NCBI GenBank assembly: GCA_027623355.1
Contig: JAQBWB010000001.1
Coordinates: 1 to 36,984 of the forward strand
DNA from: Nanobdellota archaeon
GTDB taxonomy: Archaea; Nanobdellota; Nanobdellia; Woesearchaeales; JACPBV01
Direction: 5' to 3'
DNA: 36,984 nt
The notes beneath the pieces were generated by a model, which had not been told where the DNA came from, made no database searches, and worked only from the letters and a program-made list of their open reading frames with translations. Made by a program: the position numbers and the translations under genes. Below are positions 1 to 7,455 of this stretch, piece by piece; position 1 is the stretch's first letter; every line of letters starts with the position of its first letter.

Positions 1-67
1 GACCCCTCGCAACGCACCTGCTTGTGAAAGGTGAAAGAATTTCGACCTTAGGATGCTATGCACATAC
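1..67 (+). mobile_element. MITE-like element, copy A (3' 67 nt only, truncated by window start)
   Basis: Matches the last 67 nt of the full copies at 4159-4327, 18854-19021 and 31862-32029. Ends with the right terminal inverted repeat atgctatgcacatac. Carries the cttgtgaaagg variant shared with copy B. Confidence 0.85.
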
Positions 68-81
68 TTAGAAAGAAAATG

Positions 82-89
82 TTTATAAA
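82..89 (+). promoter_or_regulatory. TATA box (tttataaa) for a predicted leaderless transcript of ORF 113
   Basis: The octamer ends 23 nt before ATG 113 and there is no SD in between. The same 21-24 nt TATA-to-ATG spacing recurs at more than 12 genes in the window. Confidence 0.5.
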
Positions 90-112
90 CTCTTTTTCTC
101 ATTTTTTGTGAT

Positions 113-778
113 ATGGCTAGTTATGCTTATAATCTAGAGAATTTTTTTCGGATTCTGGAGGAATGGGGTTTGAGTGATGTGATGCTCCCATTTCTTTTGG
201 TGTTTGTTGTCTTTTTTGCTATTTTAGAAAAAACAAATATTTTAGGGGAGCGAGCACGGAAATATAATCTTGTTATTGCATTGGTTATTGCATTGATGGT
301 GGTTGTGCCACACGTTACGGGATTGTATCCTGTAAATAAGGATCCTGTAGATATTTTTAATGAGGCTATTCCTAGTATTTCCATTGTTATTGTTGCTGCT
401 ATGGGTGTGTTGATTCTCATCGGTACAATGGGCGGCAAGGTAAGTCAGAATCCCATGTATGCTTCTGGTGGCGTGATATTAACAGGGGTTGTTATTTATG
501 TGCTCTCAGTTGATTTTATTGTAGCTCCATTGATATTGGGCTTGGCGGTGGCGCTCTTGATAGTCAACTTCTTTAGTCAGGAGACTAAGCTTGAGGGGAT
601 TGTGCAGGGAGCTATAGTAGTCTTCAGTTTTGTTGTAGTCTTATTCTTTTTTGGAAGGGCGCGAGGATGGTTTCATGCTTTGCCAGATTGGTTGGTAAAT
701 CCCATATATCATGGCGCAATTATTTTTACGATGATTGTTTTTAGTCTAGTGGTGTATGCGTTTTCTGCAGAAGAATAA
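113..778 (+). CDS. Integral membrane protein of unknown function (about 6 hydrophobic segments)
   Basis: 221-aa ORF with strongly hydrophobic stretches (LPFLLVFVVFFAIL, VIALVIALMVVV, IVIVAAMGVLILIG and others). Promoter geometry is consistent with the start. No recognisable catalytic motif. Confidence 0.65.
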   Translation: MASYAYNLENFFRILEEWGLSDVMLPFLLVFVVFFAILEKTNILGERARKYNLVIALVIALMVVVPHVTGLYPVNKDPVDIFNEAIPSISIVIVAAMGVLILIGTMGGKVSQNPMYASGGVILTGVVIYVLSVDFIVAPLILGLAVALLIVNFFSQETKLEGIVQGAIVVFSFVVVLFFFGRARGWFHALPDWLVNPIYHGAIIFTMIVFSLVVYAFSAEE

Positions 779-904
779 GTTTTTAGAAGTCGATAATCCA
801 ATCCCTTTAAAGAGGAAGTATGGCGTTGAATTATTGATCCTAAAAACTTACTCCTTTAATTGAGAAGGCATCTCCTTGTGACGAGTAAGTTTTTAGAAGT
901 CGAT
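776..904. repeat. 19-bp direct repeat pair (776-794 and 886-904) with an inverted 12-mer (840-851) between convergent gene ends
   Basis: taagtttttagaagtcgat occurs twice. Each copy covers a stop codon: ORF 113-778 on + and apt on -. ctaaaaacttac at 840-851 is the exact reverse complement of gtaagtttttag at 885-896. Confidence 0.7.
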
Positions 905-1405
905 TAATTTGAATACTTTATGGTCGCCTAGTTTTTCTCTTCCTTTTAGTTCGGGAAGTTCAATAACAATTGCACATTCCACTACATTTCCTTTGAGTCG
1001 TTCTACTAGTTTGATTGCGGCCTCTAGGGTCCCACCGGTTGCTAAGAGATCGTCTACAATTAGGATATTTTGATTTTCTTTTAATGCGTCTTCGTGAATT
1101 TCTATGGTGTTTTTGCCATATTCTAGTGCGTATTCTTCGCTGATTGTTTTTGAGGGTAATTTACTCGGCTTTCTTACTGGAATGAAGCTGCATCCTAAGT
1201 TATAGGCAAGAACACTTCCGAAGATGAAACCGCGAGCTTCTATTCCGACTACCGCATCAATCTTTTCGTCTTGATAGCGTTTTGTTAATTCATTACAGAC
1301 AAATCTGAATGCTTCTGGATTTTGGAGAAGTGTGGTAATGTCACGAAACATAATTCCCTCTTTTGGCCAGTCGGGGATTGTTCTGATGTGTTCTTTGATA
1401 TCCAT
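893..1405 (-). CDS. apt: Adenine phosphoribosyltransferase
   Basis: IPDWPKEGIMFRDIT N-terminus and the PRPP-binding motif ILIVDDLLATGGT. At 170 aa the length is typical. The ATG overlaps the mtnP stop (TAATG). Confidence 0.9.
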   Translation of the reverse strand: MDIKEHIRTIPDWPKEGIMFRDITTLLQNPEAFRFVCNELTKRYQDEKIDAVVGIEARGFIFGSVLAYNLGCSFIPVRKPSKLPSKTISEEYALEYGKNTIEIHEDALKENQNILIVDDLLATGGTLEAAIKLVERLKGNVVECAIVIELPELKGREKLGDHKVFKLIDF

Positions 1406-2190
1406 TAGCTGATCACCGAGGTATTAATGTCTGTTTTGCAGGTGCATTCTTTATCGGTTACTAAGGTTACTGCTTTTCTTAGCACTTCTTTTACTCTTTG
1501 CGCGTTGTCTTTGAAGACTTTCATAATGTCAGTTACGTTTGCTTCCTGTCCGTCAATAAATGCATCGTAGTCGGTTGCCATACAAATGACACTGTAGCAA
1601 ATGCCTTTTTCTCTTGCTAGAACACATTCGGGAACGGTTGACATGTTGATTACGTCGGCCTTCCATTGTCTCCACAAATGTGATTCAGCTTTTGTTGAGA
1701 GTCTTGGTCCTTCGATTGTGATTACGGTGCCTTTAGATTCTGCTTTGTAGTTTAATGATTCACAAGCTTGTTTGAAGTTTGCTCTTAGATGGTTACAGAA
1801 GGGATTTGCCATGGGAAGATGGCAGACATGATCTTTTTCATAAAATGTAGATGGTCGTTTGGTTGTTCTATCGATGAATTGGTCTACGATAACGAAGTCT
1901 CCTGGTGCTACGTCTTGTCTTAATGAACCACATGCACTGGTTGCTAGAATGTGTGTAACTTGTTGTTCTTTTAATGCATGAATATTTGCTTGATTAGGAA
2001 CGTTTGTGGGCATGATTTGGTGTTTGGTCCCATGTCTTGAGATAATTACAACTTCTACATCATTTATCTTTCCTGTTGTTAATGGCGATGAGGGTTTTCC
2101 GTAGGGCGTGTCTACATCTAGCTGTTGTGCGTCTTTTAGCAGTTGTGGATCTTCTAGACCTGATCCTCCGATAATGCCTATTTTTACCAT
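1405..2190 (-). CDS. mtnP: S-methyl-5'-thioadenosine phosphorylase (MTAP/PNP family)
   Basis: IGIIGGSGL N-terminus plus ISRHG..H, ILATSACGSL and NMSTVPE motifs characteristic of the MTAP family. 261 aa. Confidence 0.85.
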   Translation of the reverse strand: MVKIGIIGGSGLEDPQLLKDAQQLDVDTPYGKPSSPLTTGKINDVEVVIISRHGTKHQIMPTNVPNQANIHALKEQQVTHILATSACGSLRQDVAPGDFVIVDQFIDRTTKRPSTFYEKDHVCHLPMANPFCNHLRANFKQACESLNYKAESKGTVITIEGPRLSTKAESHLWRQWKADVINMSTVPECVLAREKGICYSVICMATDYDAFIDGQEANVTDIMKVFKDNAQRVKEVLRKAVTLVTDKECTCKTDINTSVIS

Positions 2191-2211
2191 AGGTTTGGTA
2201 GAGACTCTTGA

Positions 2212-2219
2212 TTTAAATA
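2212..2219 (-). promoter_or_regulatory. TATA box (tatttaaa on the - strand) for a leaderless mtnP-apt transcript
   Basis: Lies 21 nt upstream of ATG 2190 on the minus strand, with no SD. Confidence 0.45.
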
Positions 2220-2239
2220 AGTTTGGTTGGACTGAGAAA

Positions 2240-2779
2240 TTATTTTTTCATCTTGGTGATTTCTGCTTTCTCTGAAATGATTGCAGAATTACCTGAGGGG
2301 TCTTCGATGATTAATTTTTGTTCCTGACGTCCCCACATGATGTTGGTTATCTTTTTGAGCATGTTCTTTGCTTTCTTTCTTTCTATCGAGTCTTCGGCTG
2401 AGTCTCTTGCGAATTCAACTTGATCTTTAACTCGTTGGAATACGCCTTCAATGTTTGTTATGAATCCGTTTGATGCTGGACCCGGTGTTATGGTGGTAAT
2501 GTGAGGTATTTTTACGGTTGCTTCCGAAGATCTGATAACTCGTACTTTCATGTCCTCTTCTGATGTTATGTTGAAGGTGAACTTTGTGGGTTCTTTGGGT
2601 TCAAGTGCTTCGACATCTGCCTTGTGGTATTTACAAGCTGCGCAGGTCATTGAGAATATTGCTAGCTTTCCAAAGTAGGGAACTTCCTTTTCTGTTTCCA
2701 TGAGTGTTAATTCTTTCTCTGCACAAATGGGGCATTGTTCTCCGCTAAGGGTGTTGACCTTGTCTTCTTTTTCATCCAT
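2240..2779 (-). CDS. ZPR1-type zinc-finger protein
   Basis: CPIC...(28 aa)...CAAC zinc knuckle followed by a beta-rich domain. Size and layout match archaeal ZPR1-family proteins. Confidence 0.7.
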   Translation of the reverse strand: MDEKEDKVNTLSGEQCPICAEKELTLMETEKEVPYFGKLAIFSMTCAACKYHKADVEALEPKEPTKFTFNITSEEDMKVRVIRSSEATVKIPHITTITPGPASNGFITNIEGVFQRVKDQVEFARDSAEDSIERKKAKNMLKKITNIMWGRQEQKLIIEDPSGNSAIISEKAEITKMKK

Positions 2780-2800
2780 AAATGAGAAAGTGCATTGGTA

Positions 2801-2808
2801 ATTTTTAA
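2801..2808 (-). promoter_or_regulatory. TATA-like box (ttaaaaat on the - strand) for the ZPR1-type gene
   Basis: Lies 21 nt upstream of ATG 2779. Confidence 0.4.
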
Positions 2809-2840
2809 GGTTTTCGATTTGGGATTACTATTAAGAAATC

Positions 2841-2848
2841 TTTAATAA
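2841..2848 (+). promoter_or_regulatory. TATA box (tttaataa) for ORF 2870
   Basis: Lies 21 nt upstream of ATG 2870 with no SD. It shares the intergenic region with the divergent promoter at 2801-2808. Confidence 0.4.
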
Positions 2849-2869
2849 GGGGTAAGTGTATCATTTTAT

Positions 2870-4015
2870 ATGGTTGCCACCTCGATGCACTATATATTTG
2901 GTGTGATGATTGCTTATTTGCTTGGCTATCGAGGAAATAAGAAATTCTGGGTTGGTTTGCTTGCGGTTATTCCTGATATTGATGCGATTTTCTTTATTTT
3001 TTTGGCTGCTGGAAGGAACATATTTAATTATAGCTTGGGTTTTTATGAGACTTCACAGACCGCAGTGATGTTACTTGGTCATCGAGGCATTAGTCATTCG
3101 TTATTCTTATTTGGTTTGGCGGTTTTGATGGCATATCTCTTTACTCGAAAGCGTAGTGTTGCTTTAGCTGTGTTTTCTATTTGGGGTTCGCATTTGGTAT
3201 TAGACGCTATGACTTCGTGGAAGATGTTCCTGTTACTGCCGTTCTCTTATATGCCCTTTTATCTTGGAATTGTGGAGGTTTTCGATTCGTGGTTGATGTT
3301 TTTTACCTCTTTGATGCTTGGATTTTTGATTTGTTCGTCTTTAATTGAAAATGAATCTAAGAAAGGTCCTGTATTCGGATACCTGTTTTTCCTTGTTCTT
3401 GGTGTGTATCCGGCTATTCGAATGAATGAGTTCAATATTCAGACGATTGTTTTGTCGCAGCTGGTTATTTTTGGATCAATTATCTATTGTGTTGCTGCTT
3501 TGAAGAATCGTCGTAAGAAAAGGCTTGTTAACTTTGTTGGTCGCGGTATTAAGTACAGCTCGTTACTTGCCGTTAGTTATTTGGTGTTGTTGATTATAGG
3601 AAAATTGTTTTATTCCTTTTCTTATTCGATTCCCTTTATTGATTTAGAACCGCTCGAGGAATTTGCTTATAATGGTAATTTGCATACCTATGAACTTGAT
3701 GAGGGGGCTGCTTATAGGGTAGGGATGGTTAATTTGAAAGGTCAGATGCAGGAGCAGGTTATTCCTAAGGTGATTAATGATATTGGGGTGGAAAGTTCCT
3801 TAATTATTGCCTATCAGGAGGCTTACGGCTATGCATTACATACTAATTGGATCAATCATCCGGTTTGGACATTTATGTCTGAGGATGGTGAGGTGTATGT
3901 TAACATTCGCTATGCTAAGAGTTTCTTGCCCACAAAATTTAATCCGGGTCCTTCGCGTGGGGTGAATGTACAGTTACAGGACGGGTTGTTGGTTAGGTAT
4001 GATAGAGTTGTATGA
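2870..4015 (+). CDS. Membrane-bound metal-dependent hydrolase-like protein (DUF457/YdjM-like) with a soluble C-terminal domain
   Basis: IPDIDAIF and GHRGISHS motifs lie in a polytopic membrane N-terminal half. The hydrophilic C-terminal domain of about 110 aa has no recognisable motif. Confidence 0.55.
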   Translation: MVATSMHYIFGVMIAYLLGYRGNKKFWVGLLAVIPDIDAIFFIFLAAGRNIFNYSLGFYETSQTAVMLLGHRGISHSLFLFGLAVLMAYLFTRKRSVALAVFSIWGSHLVLDAMTSWKMFLLLPFSYMPFYLGIVEVFDSWLMFFTSLMLGFLICSSLIENESKKGPVFGYLFFLVLGVYPAIRMNEFNIQTIVLSQLVIFGSIIYCVAALKNRRKKRLVNFVGRGIKYSSLLAVSYLVLLIIGKLFYSFSYSIPFIDLEPLEEFAYNGNLHTYELDEGAAYRVGMVNLKGQMQEQVIPKVINDIGVESSLIIAYQEAYGYALHTNWINHPVWTFMSEDGEVYVNIRYAKSFLPTKFNPGPSRGVNVQLQDGLLVRYDRVV

Positions 4016-4158
4016 TAGAGTTCCAGAGAATACTTATATTTTTTGTGACACTGAACCACCTGGGTGCGGTACAGGTTGCACCGATGAGTGTATGTCAGGT
4101 GGCAGTCAAGCTTGTTGTACGAAAATAAAACAATAGTTCTTAATTACTTTGTATTTTT

Positions 4159-4327
4159 GTATGTGTATAGCATAGTCACTAGCGTTCGTAGGCTGCTAAA
4201 GCAACCATCTTCGAAATTCCTGAGATTATTCCTTGAAGGTGCTGCGTCCCCGGGGGGGTCGACCCCTCGCAACGCACCTGCTTGTGAAAGGTGAAAGAAT
4301 TTCTACCTTAGGATGCTATGCACATAC
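4159..4327 (+). mobile_element. MITE-like element, copy B (full length, 169 nt)
   Basis: TIRs gtatgtgtatagcat / atgctatgcacatac, with one G-T position. Flanked by a perfect 8-bp direct duplication gtattttt (4151-4158 and 4328-4335). Lies between the convergent 3' ends of ORF 2870 and proS. Confidence 0.9.
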
Positions 4328-4359
4328 GTATTTTTTTGCTTTTTTATTTGGGGTGTTAT

Positions 4360-5796
4360 TCAATACCCTTTACCGAACAGAATGTTAGCAACTGCTTCTT
4401 TATTGCATTGAACGCACTTACCATTTACTAATTTCTTTGAGAATGGGATGTTTAATGACTTGGCGCCACCTGTTTTTTCTTTTATGGATTCTTCGCAGGC
4501 TTTTTCGCCACAGGATAGGGCTAGAGCTAGTTTTTTGTCATCGATTGCTTTCTTTAGTCCTTTGAAGTCTTTTACCTCTACCGTATTGTCTTCTAAGGTC
4601 TTCTTAGACTGTTTAAGGAGGTTCTTTTGGATTGCTTCTAGGGTTTTGTTTACATATTCTTTGAGGTCTTTGATTTTGACGGTTTCTTTGTTTCTTGTAT
4701 CTCTTCTGGATACTACTACCTCATCATTATCTAGGTCACGTGGACCTAATTCTATCCTTATAGGAACGCCTTTTAGTTCATACTCATTGAACTTCCAGCC
4801 GGGAGAGTATTCTTCTCGATCGTCTAGTTTTGCATCTCCTAGAGACTTTTGAATTTCTTTTGCTTTCTTTAGGACTTTTGCTTTTGAATCTTTGAAGATG
4901 ATTGGGATGATTACTGTTTGAATAGGTGCTAGTGAGGGAGGTAATACTAGGCCATAGTCATCGCCGTGGACCATGATTAAGACACCAATCATACGAGTGG
5001 TGATAGCCCATGTGTTCTGCCAGGCGTATTCGATCTTTTCTTCTTTACTTAGGAACTTGATATCGAAGGCTTTCGCGAAGTTTTGTCCGTCGTGATGTGC
5101 ATCGGGGCCTTGAATCGCTTTTCCATTAGGTAGGAAATATTCAATTGATAAGGTGTAGAGTGCGCCTGCAAACTTTTCGTGGTCTGTCTTTCTGCCGGGA
5201 ACTCCTTGTAAGGCAAAGAGTTCTTTTGAGACTTCCTCCCACATTTGAAGCCGTTCGTTACATTCTTTCTCGGCTTCTTCTTGTGTTGCGAATGCGGTGT
5301 GGCCTTCACACCAGAGGAATTCTCTTGTTCTTAGGAAGGGTACGGGATGTTTAAACTCCCATCTGACTACGTTGTTCCACTGATTGTAGAGGATAGGTAG
5401 ATCGCGATGAGATCTTACCCATTTTGAATAGGATTCATACATGATGGTTTCTGAGGTGGGTCTAATTGCTAATCTTTCATCTAGTTTGGAATCTCCTGCG
5501 TGTGTTACCCAGGCTACCTCAGGAGAGAATCCTTCTACGTGTGCTGCTTCCTTTTGCAGAAGTTTTTCTGGTATCAATAGGGGGAAGTAGACGTTTTGAA
5601 TTCCGTCTGCTTTGAGTCTTTTATCTACCTCTGATTGAATTTTTTCCCAGATAGCATAGGAATAGGGTTTGAAGATGATACAGCCAGAAACATCTGAATA
5701 GTCTGCTAAATCAGCTTTTTGGATTACTTCAGTATACCAGACGGACATGTCTTCGTGTTTCTTTACTGATAGTCCTGCTGATTGTTTCTTTCCCAT
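4360..5796 (-). CDS. proS: Prolyl-tRNA synthetase (archaeal/eukaryote type)
   Basis: Class II aaRS motifs (RPTSET, FLRTREFLWCEGHTA, GLVLPP) and a C-terminal domain ending in ...FGKGY. 478 aa. Confidence 0.95.
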   Translation of the reverse strand: MGKKQSAGLSVKKHEDMSVWYTEVIQKADLADYSDVSGCIIFKPYSYAIWEKIQSEVDKRLKADGIQNVYFPLLIPEKLLQKEAAHVEGFSPEVAWVTHAGDSKLDERLAIRPTSETIMYESYSKWVRSHRDLPILYNQWNNVVRWEFKHPVPFLRTREFLWCEGHTAFATQEEAEKECNERLQMWEEVSKELFALQGVPGRKTDHEKFAGALYTLSIEYFLPNGKAIQGPDAHHDGQNFAKAFDIKFLSKEEKIEYAWQNTWAITTRMIGVLIMVHGDDYGLVLPPSLAPIQTVIIPIIFKDSKAKVLKKAKEIQKSLGDAKLDDREEYSPGWKFNEYELKGVPIRIELGPRDLDNDEVVVSRRDTRNKETVKIKDLKEYVNKTLEAIQKNLLKQSKKTLEDNTVEVKDFKGLKKAIDDKKLALALSCGEKACEESIKEKTGGAKSLNIPFSKKLVNGKCVQCNKEAVANILFGKGY

Positions 5797-5814
5797 ACTG
5801 GATGTAGAAATTGT

Positions 5815-6090
5815 TTAGTATAAAAAGGTTATTGGTCTTAGAGTATCTCCGATGAGCGTTAGGAGCAGTTGCATCTTCAGGGCAAAATTTGCAGATCCTA
5901 TGTAGTCGATCTTTTTTTCAAGTCCATGAGAATGGTGATGTTCTGAGGCGGAGACACTATCTTCACCTGTTGCAAGATTATAGGCGATTCTTCCGAGAGG
6001 TGTTAGTAAATAGGCACCTCCTGCTATTCCTGCAGCTCGTTCTCCAACAAGTCTAAAAAACGCTCTCCTAGAATGGTTATCTTTTTCCAT
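5815..6090 (-). CDS. Small protein with a twin-arginine-like signal (start moved to internal ATG 6090)
   Basis: MEKDNHSRRAFFRLVG followed by a hydrophobic h-region (AAGIAGGAYLL) and a His-rich patch (EHHHSH). The longer 139-aa version would overlap the divergent gene and its promoter. Confidence 0.35.
   Translation of the reverse strand: MEKDNHSRRAFFRLVGERAAGIAGGAYLLTPLGRIAYNLATGEDSVSASEHHHSHGLEKKIDYIGSANFALKMQLLLTLIGDTLRPITFLY
5819..5826 (-). promoter_or_regulatory. TATA box (tttttata on the - strand) for leaderless proS
   Basis: Lies 22 nt upstream of ATG 5796. Confidence 0.5.
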
Positions 6091-6199
6091 TTTTCTCTTG
6101 TTTTGAGGTGAATTTAGTCTCGTTTTTAAGGTTATGGTTTCTACAGAAAGCTTTATATATAGACTATATACTACCAAATATATTCGAGATAAAAAGGAT

Positions 6200-7078
6200 A
6201 TGAATATACGAAACGTACAGAAAACAGGGAACATGCATTATGTGTACCTGCCGACTAGTTGGTGCAAGCAATATAACATTAGTTCTTCATCGAAGGTAAG
6301 TGTTACTGCTAATAACGACGGTAGTTTAACGGTTTCTCCTGATACGCGTGAGGCTGAACAGCACCATTTGACCTTAGATGTTCCTGAGGCATCGTCTTCT
6401 ATGTTGATTAAATTGATTATGGCGTGTTACGTTAATCCTACGCAGTCTTTTACATTAAAACTTGCGAAGCAGACTAATCTTGCTGCGTTATTGGATAAAA
6501 GAAGATCTATCTCTGCTCTTGAATTTGTTGAATTAGAGGGGGACACTATTACTCACGAATCTAGCATCTCTATTAAGGACCCTAAAACTATTTTGAAGAT
6601 GATGGTGAAGAAGATTCACAGTTTGTCACATGTTATGCTTGAAAATTATGATCGCAATCTTATTAACCGTTATGAGGAGGAGATTGACAAAAGTAAATTG
6701 TTGATTACGAAATCGGTTGTTAGTTCGCTTGCTGATAACGCAGTTATGGTGATAAAGCCACTCGATTTACATTATATCGCTTTACTTGCTAGTCATCTGG
6801 AGCGGATGGTTGATTCGTTGATAATGGTTGACAGCAAGGAGACTGCATTCTTGAAGCAGGTCTCTGCACTATTAGGTTCACTTAAGGAATTAACCGATCG
6901 GCTTTCTAGTCTTGATTTAACTCGTGTTATTGATTTTGAGGCTGAGGTTAGTGCATTGAAGACTCCTGACGTTAATAACATCAAGACTTATGGAATGCGA
7001 CGTATAAGAATTAATCTCAATAAGGTCACTGAGGTGCTCTTTGATTGGGTCATTAGCAACAAAATTATTAAGAAGTAA
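6200..7078 (+). CDS. AbrB/SpoVT-domain plus PhoU-like repeat regulator (paralog 1)
   Basis: The N-terminus VQKTGNMHYVYLPTSW aligns with GFGKNSLAITLPKSW of the paralog at 29996-31033, and a helical PhoU-like region follows. ATG 6200 was chosen over 6134 by alignment with the paralog. Confidence 0.65.
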   Translation: MNIRNVQKTGNMHYVYLPTSWCKQYNISSSSKVSVTANNDGSLTVSPDTREAEQHHLTLDVPEASSSMLIKLIMACYVNPTQSFTLKLAKQTNLAALLDKRRSISALEFVELEGDTITHESSISIKDPKTILKMMVKKIHSLSHVMLENYDRNLINRYEEEIDKSKLLITKSVVSSLADNAVMVIKPLDLHYIALLASHLERMVDSLIMVDSKETAFLKQVSALLGSLKELTDRLSSLDLTRVIDFEAEVSALKTPDVNNIKTYGMRRIRINLNKVTEVLFDWVISNKIIKK

Positions 7079-7146
7079 ATAGAATAGGGAAAGTATAGAG
7101 TATAGTGATATAAAAGCATACAAAATATCAATCGTGGAGGGGTAAC

Positions 7147-7455
7147 ATGTTGGGAATCATACAAGAATTAAAGGAAACTGAGAAGAAAGCAGCTTTAAAT
7201 ATCGAGAGTGCTGGTAAAAAAGCAGTCGAGGATTTGGCTAAAGCTGAACAGGCTGGAAAGGATGCAGGTGATGCTTTGCAGGTCAAGATGGACAAGGAGA
7301 AACTTGATAAGTTAGCAATAGCTCAAAAAGAGGTTGATGCTGAGGTTGTAAAGATAGAGTCCCAGGGTAAAAAGGAGCTTGAGTCTTTGAAAAAGGCAGC
7401 AACTAGTAAGAAGACGAAAATTGTTGAGGCTGTTACGAAAGCACTATTAGAATGA
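7147..7455 (+). CDS. atpH: A-type ATP synthase subunit H
   Basis: 102-aa Lys/Glu/Ala-rich coiled-coil protein at the first position of an HIKECFABD operon. GGAGG lies 8 nt upstream. Confidence 0.75.
   Translation: MLGIIQELKETEKKAALNIESAGKKAVEDLAKAEQAGKDAGDALQVKMDKEKLDKLAIAQKEVDAEVVKIESQGKKELESLKKAATSKKTKIVEAVTKALLE

Noticed and set aside
4088-4294. ORFs of 64-72 aa running through the MITE copies (4088-4294, 18858-19052, 31866-32084)
   Set aside because: They start at GTG/ATG inside or just before the TIR and run out into unrelated flanks. The frame is broken between subfamilies by a 1-nt indel (cttgtgaaagg against cttttgaagg). Substitutions between copies fit RNA or DNA pairing rather than codon constraint.
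5815-6234. 139-aa version of the minus-strand ORF, and the 314-aa version of the plus-strand ORF starting at 6134
   Set aside because: The two long versions overlap each other across the shared promoter region. The internal starts (6090 and 6200) remove the overlap and match the paralog alignment and the Tat-like motif.
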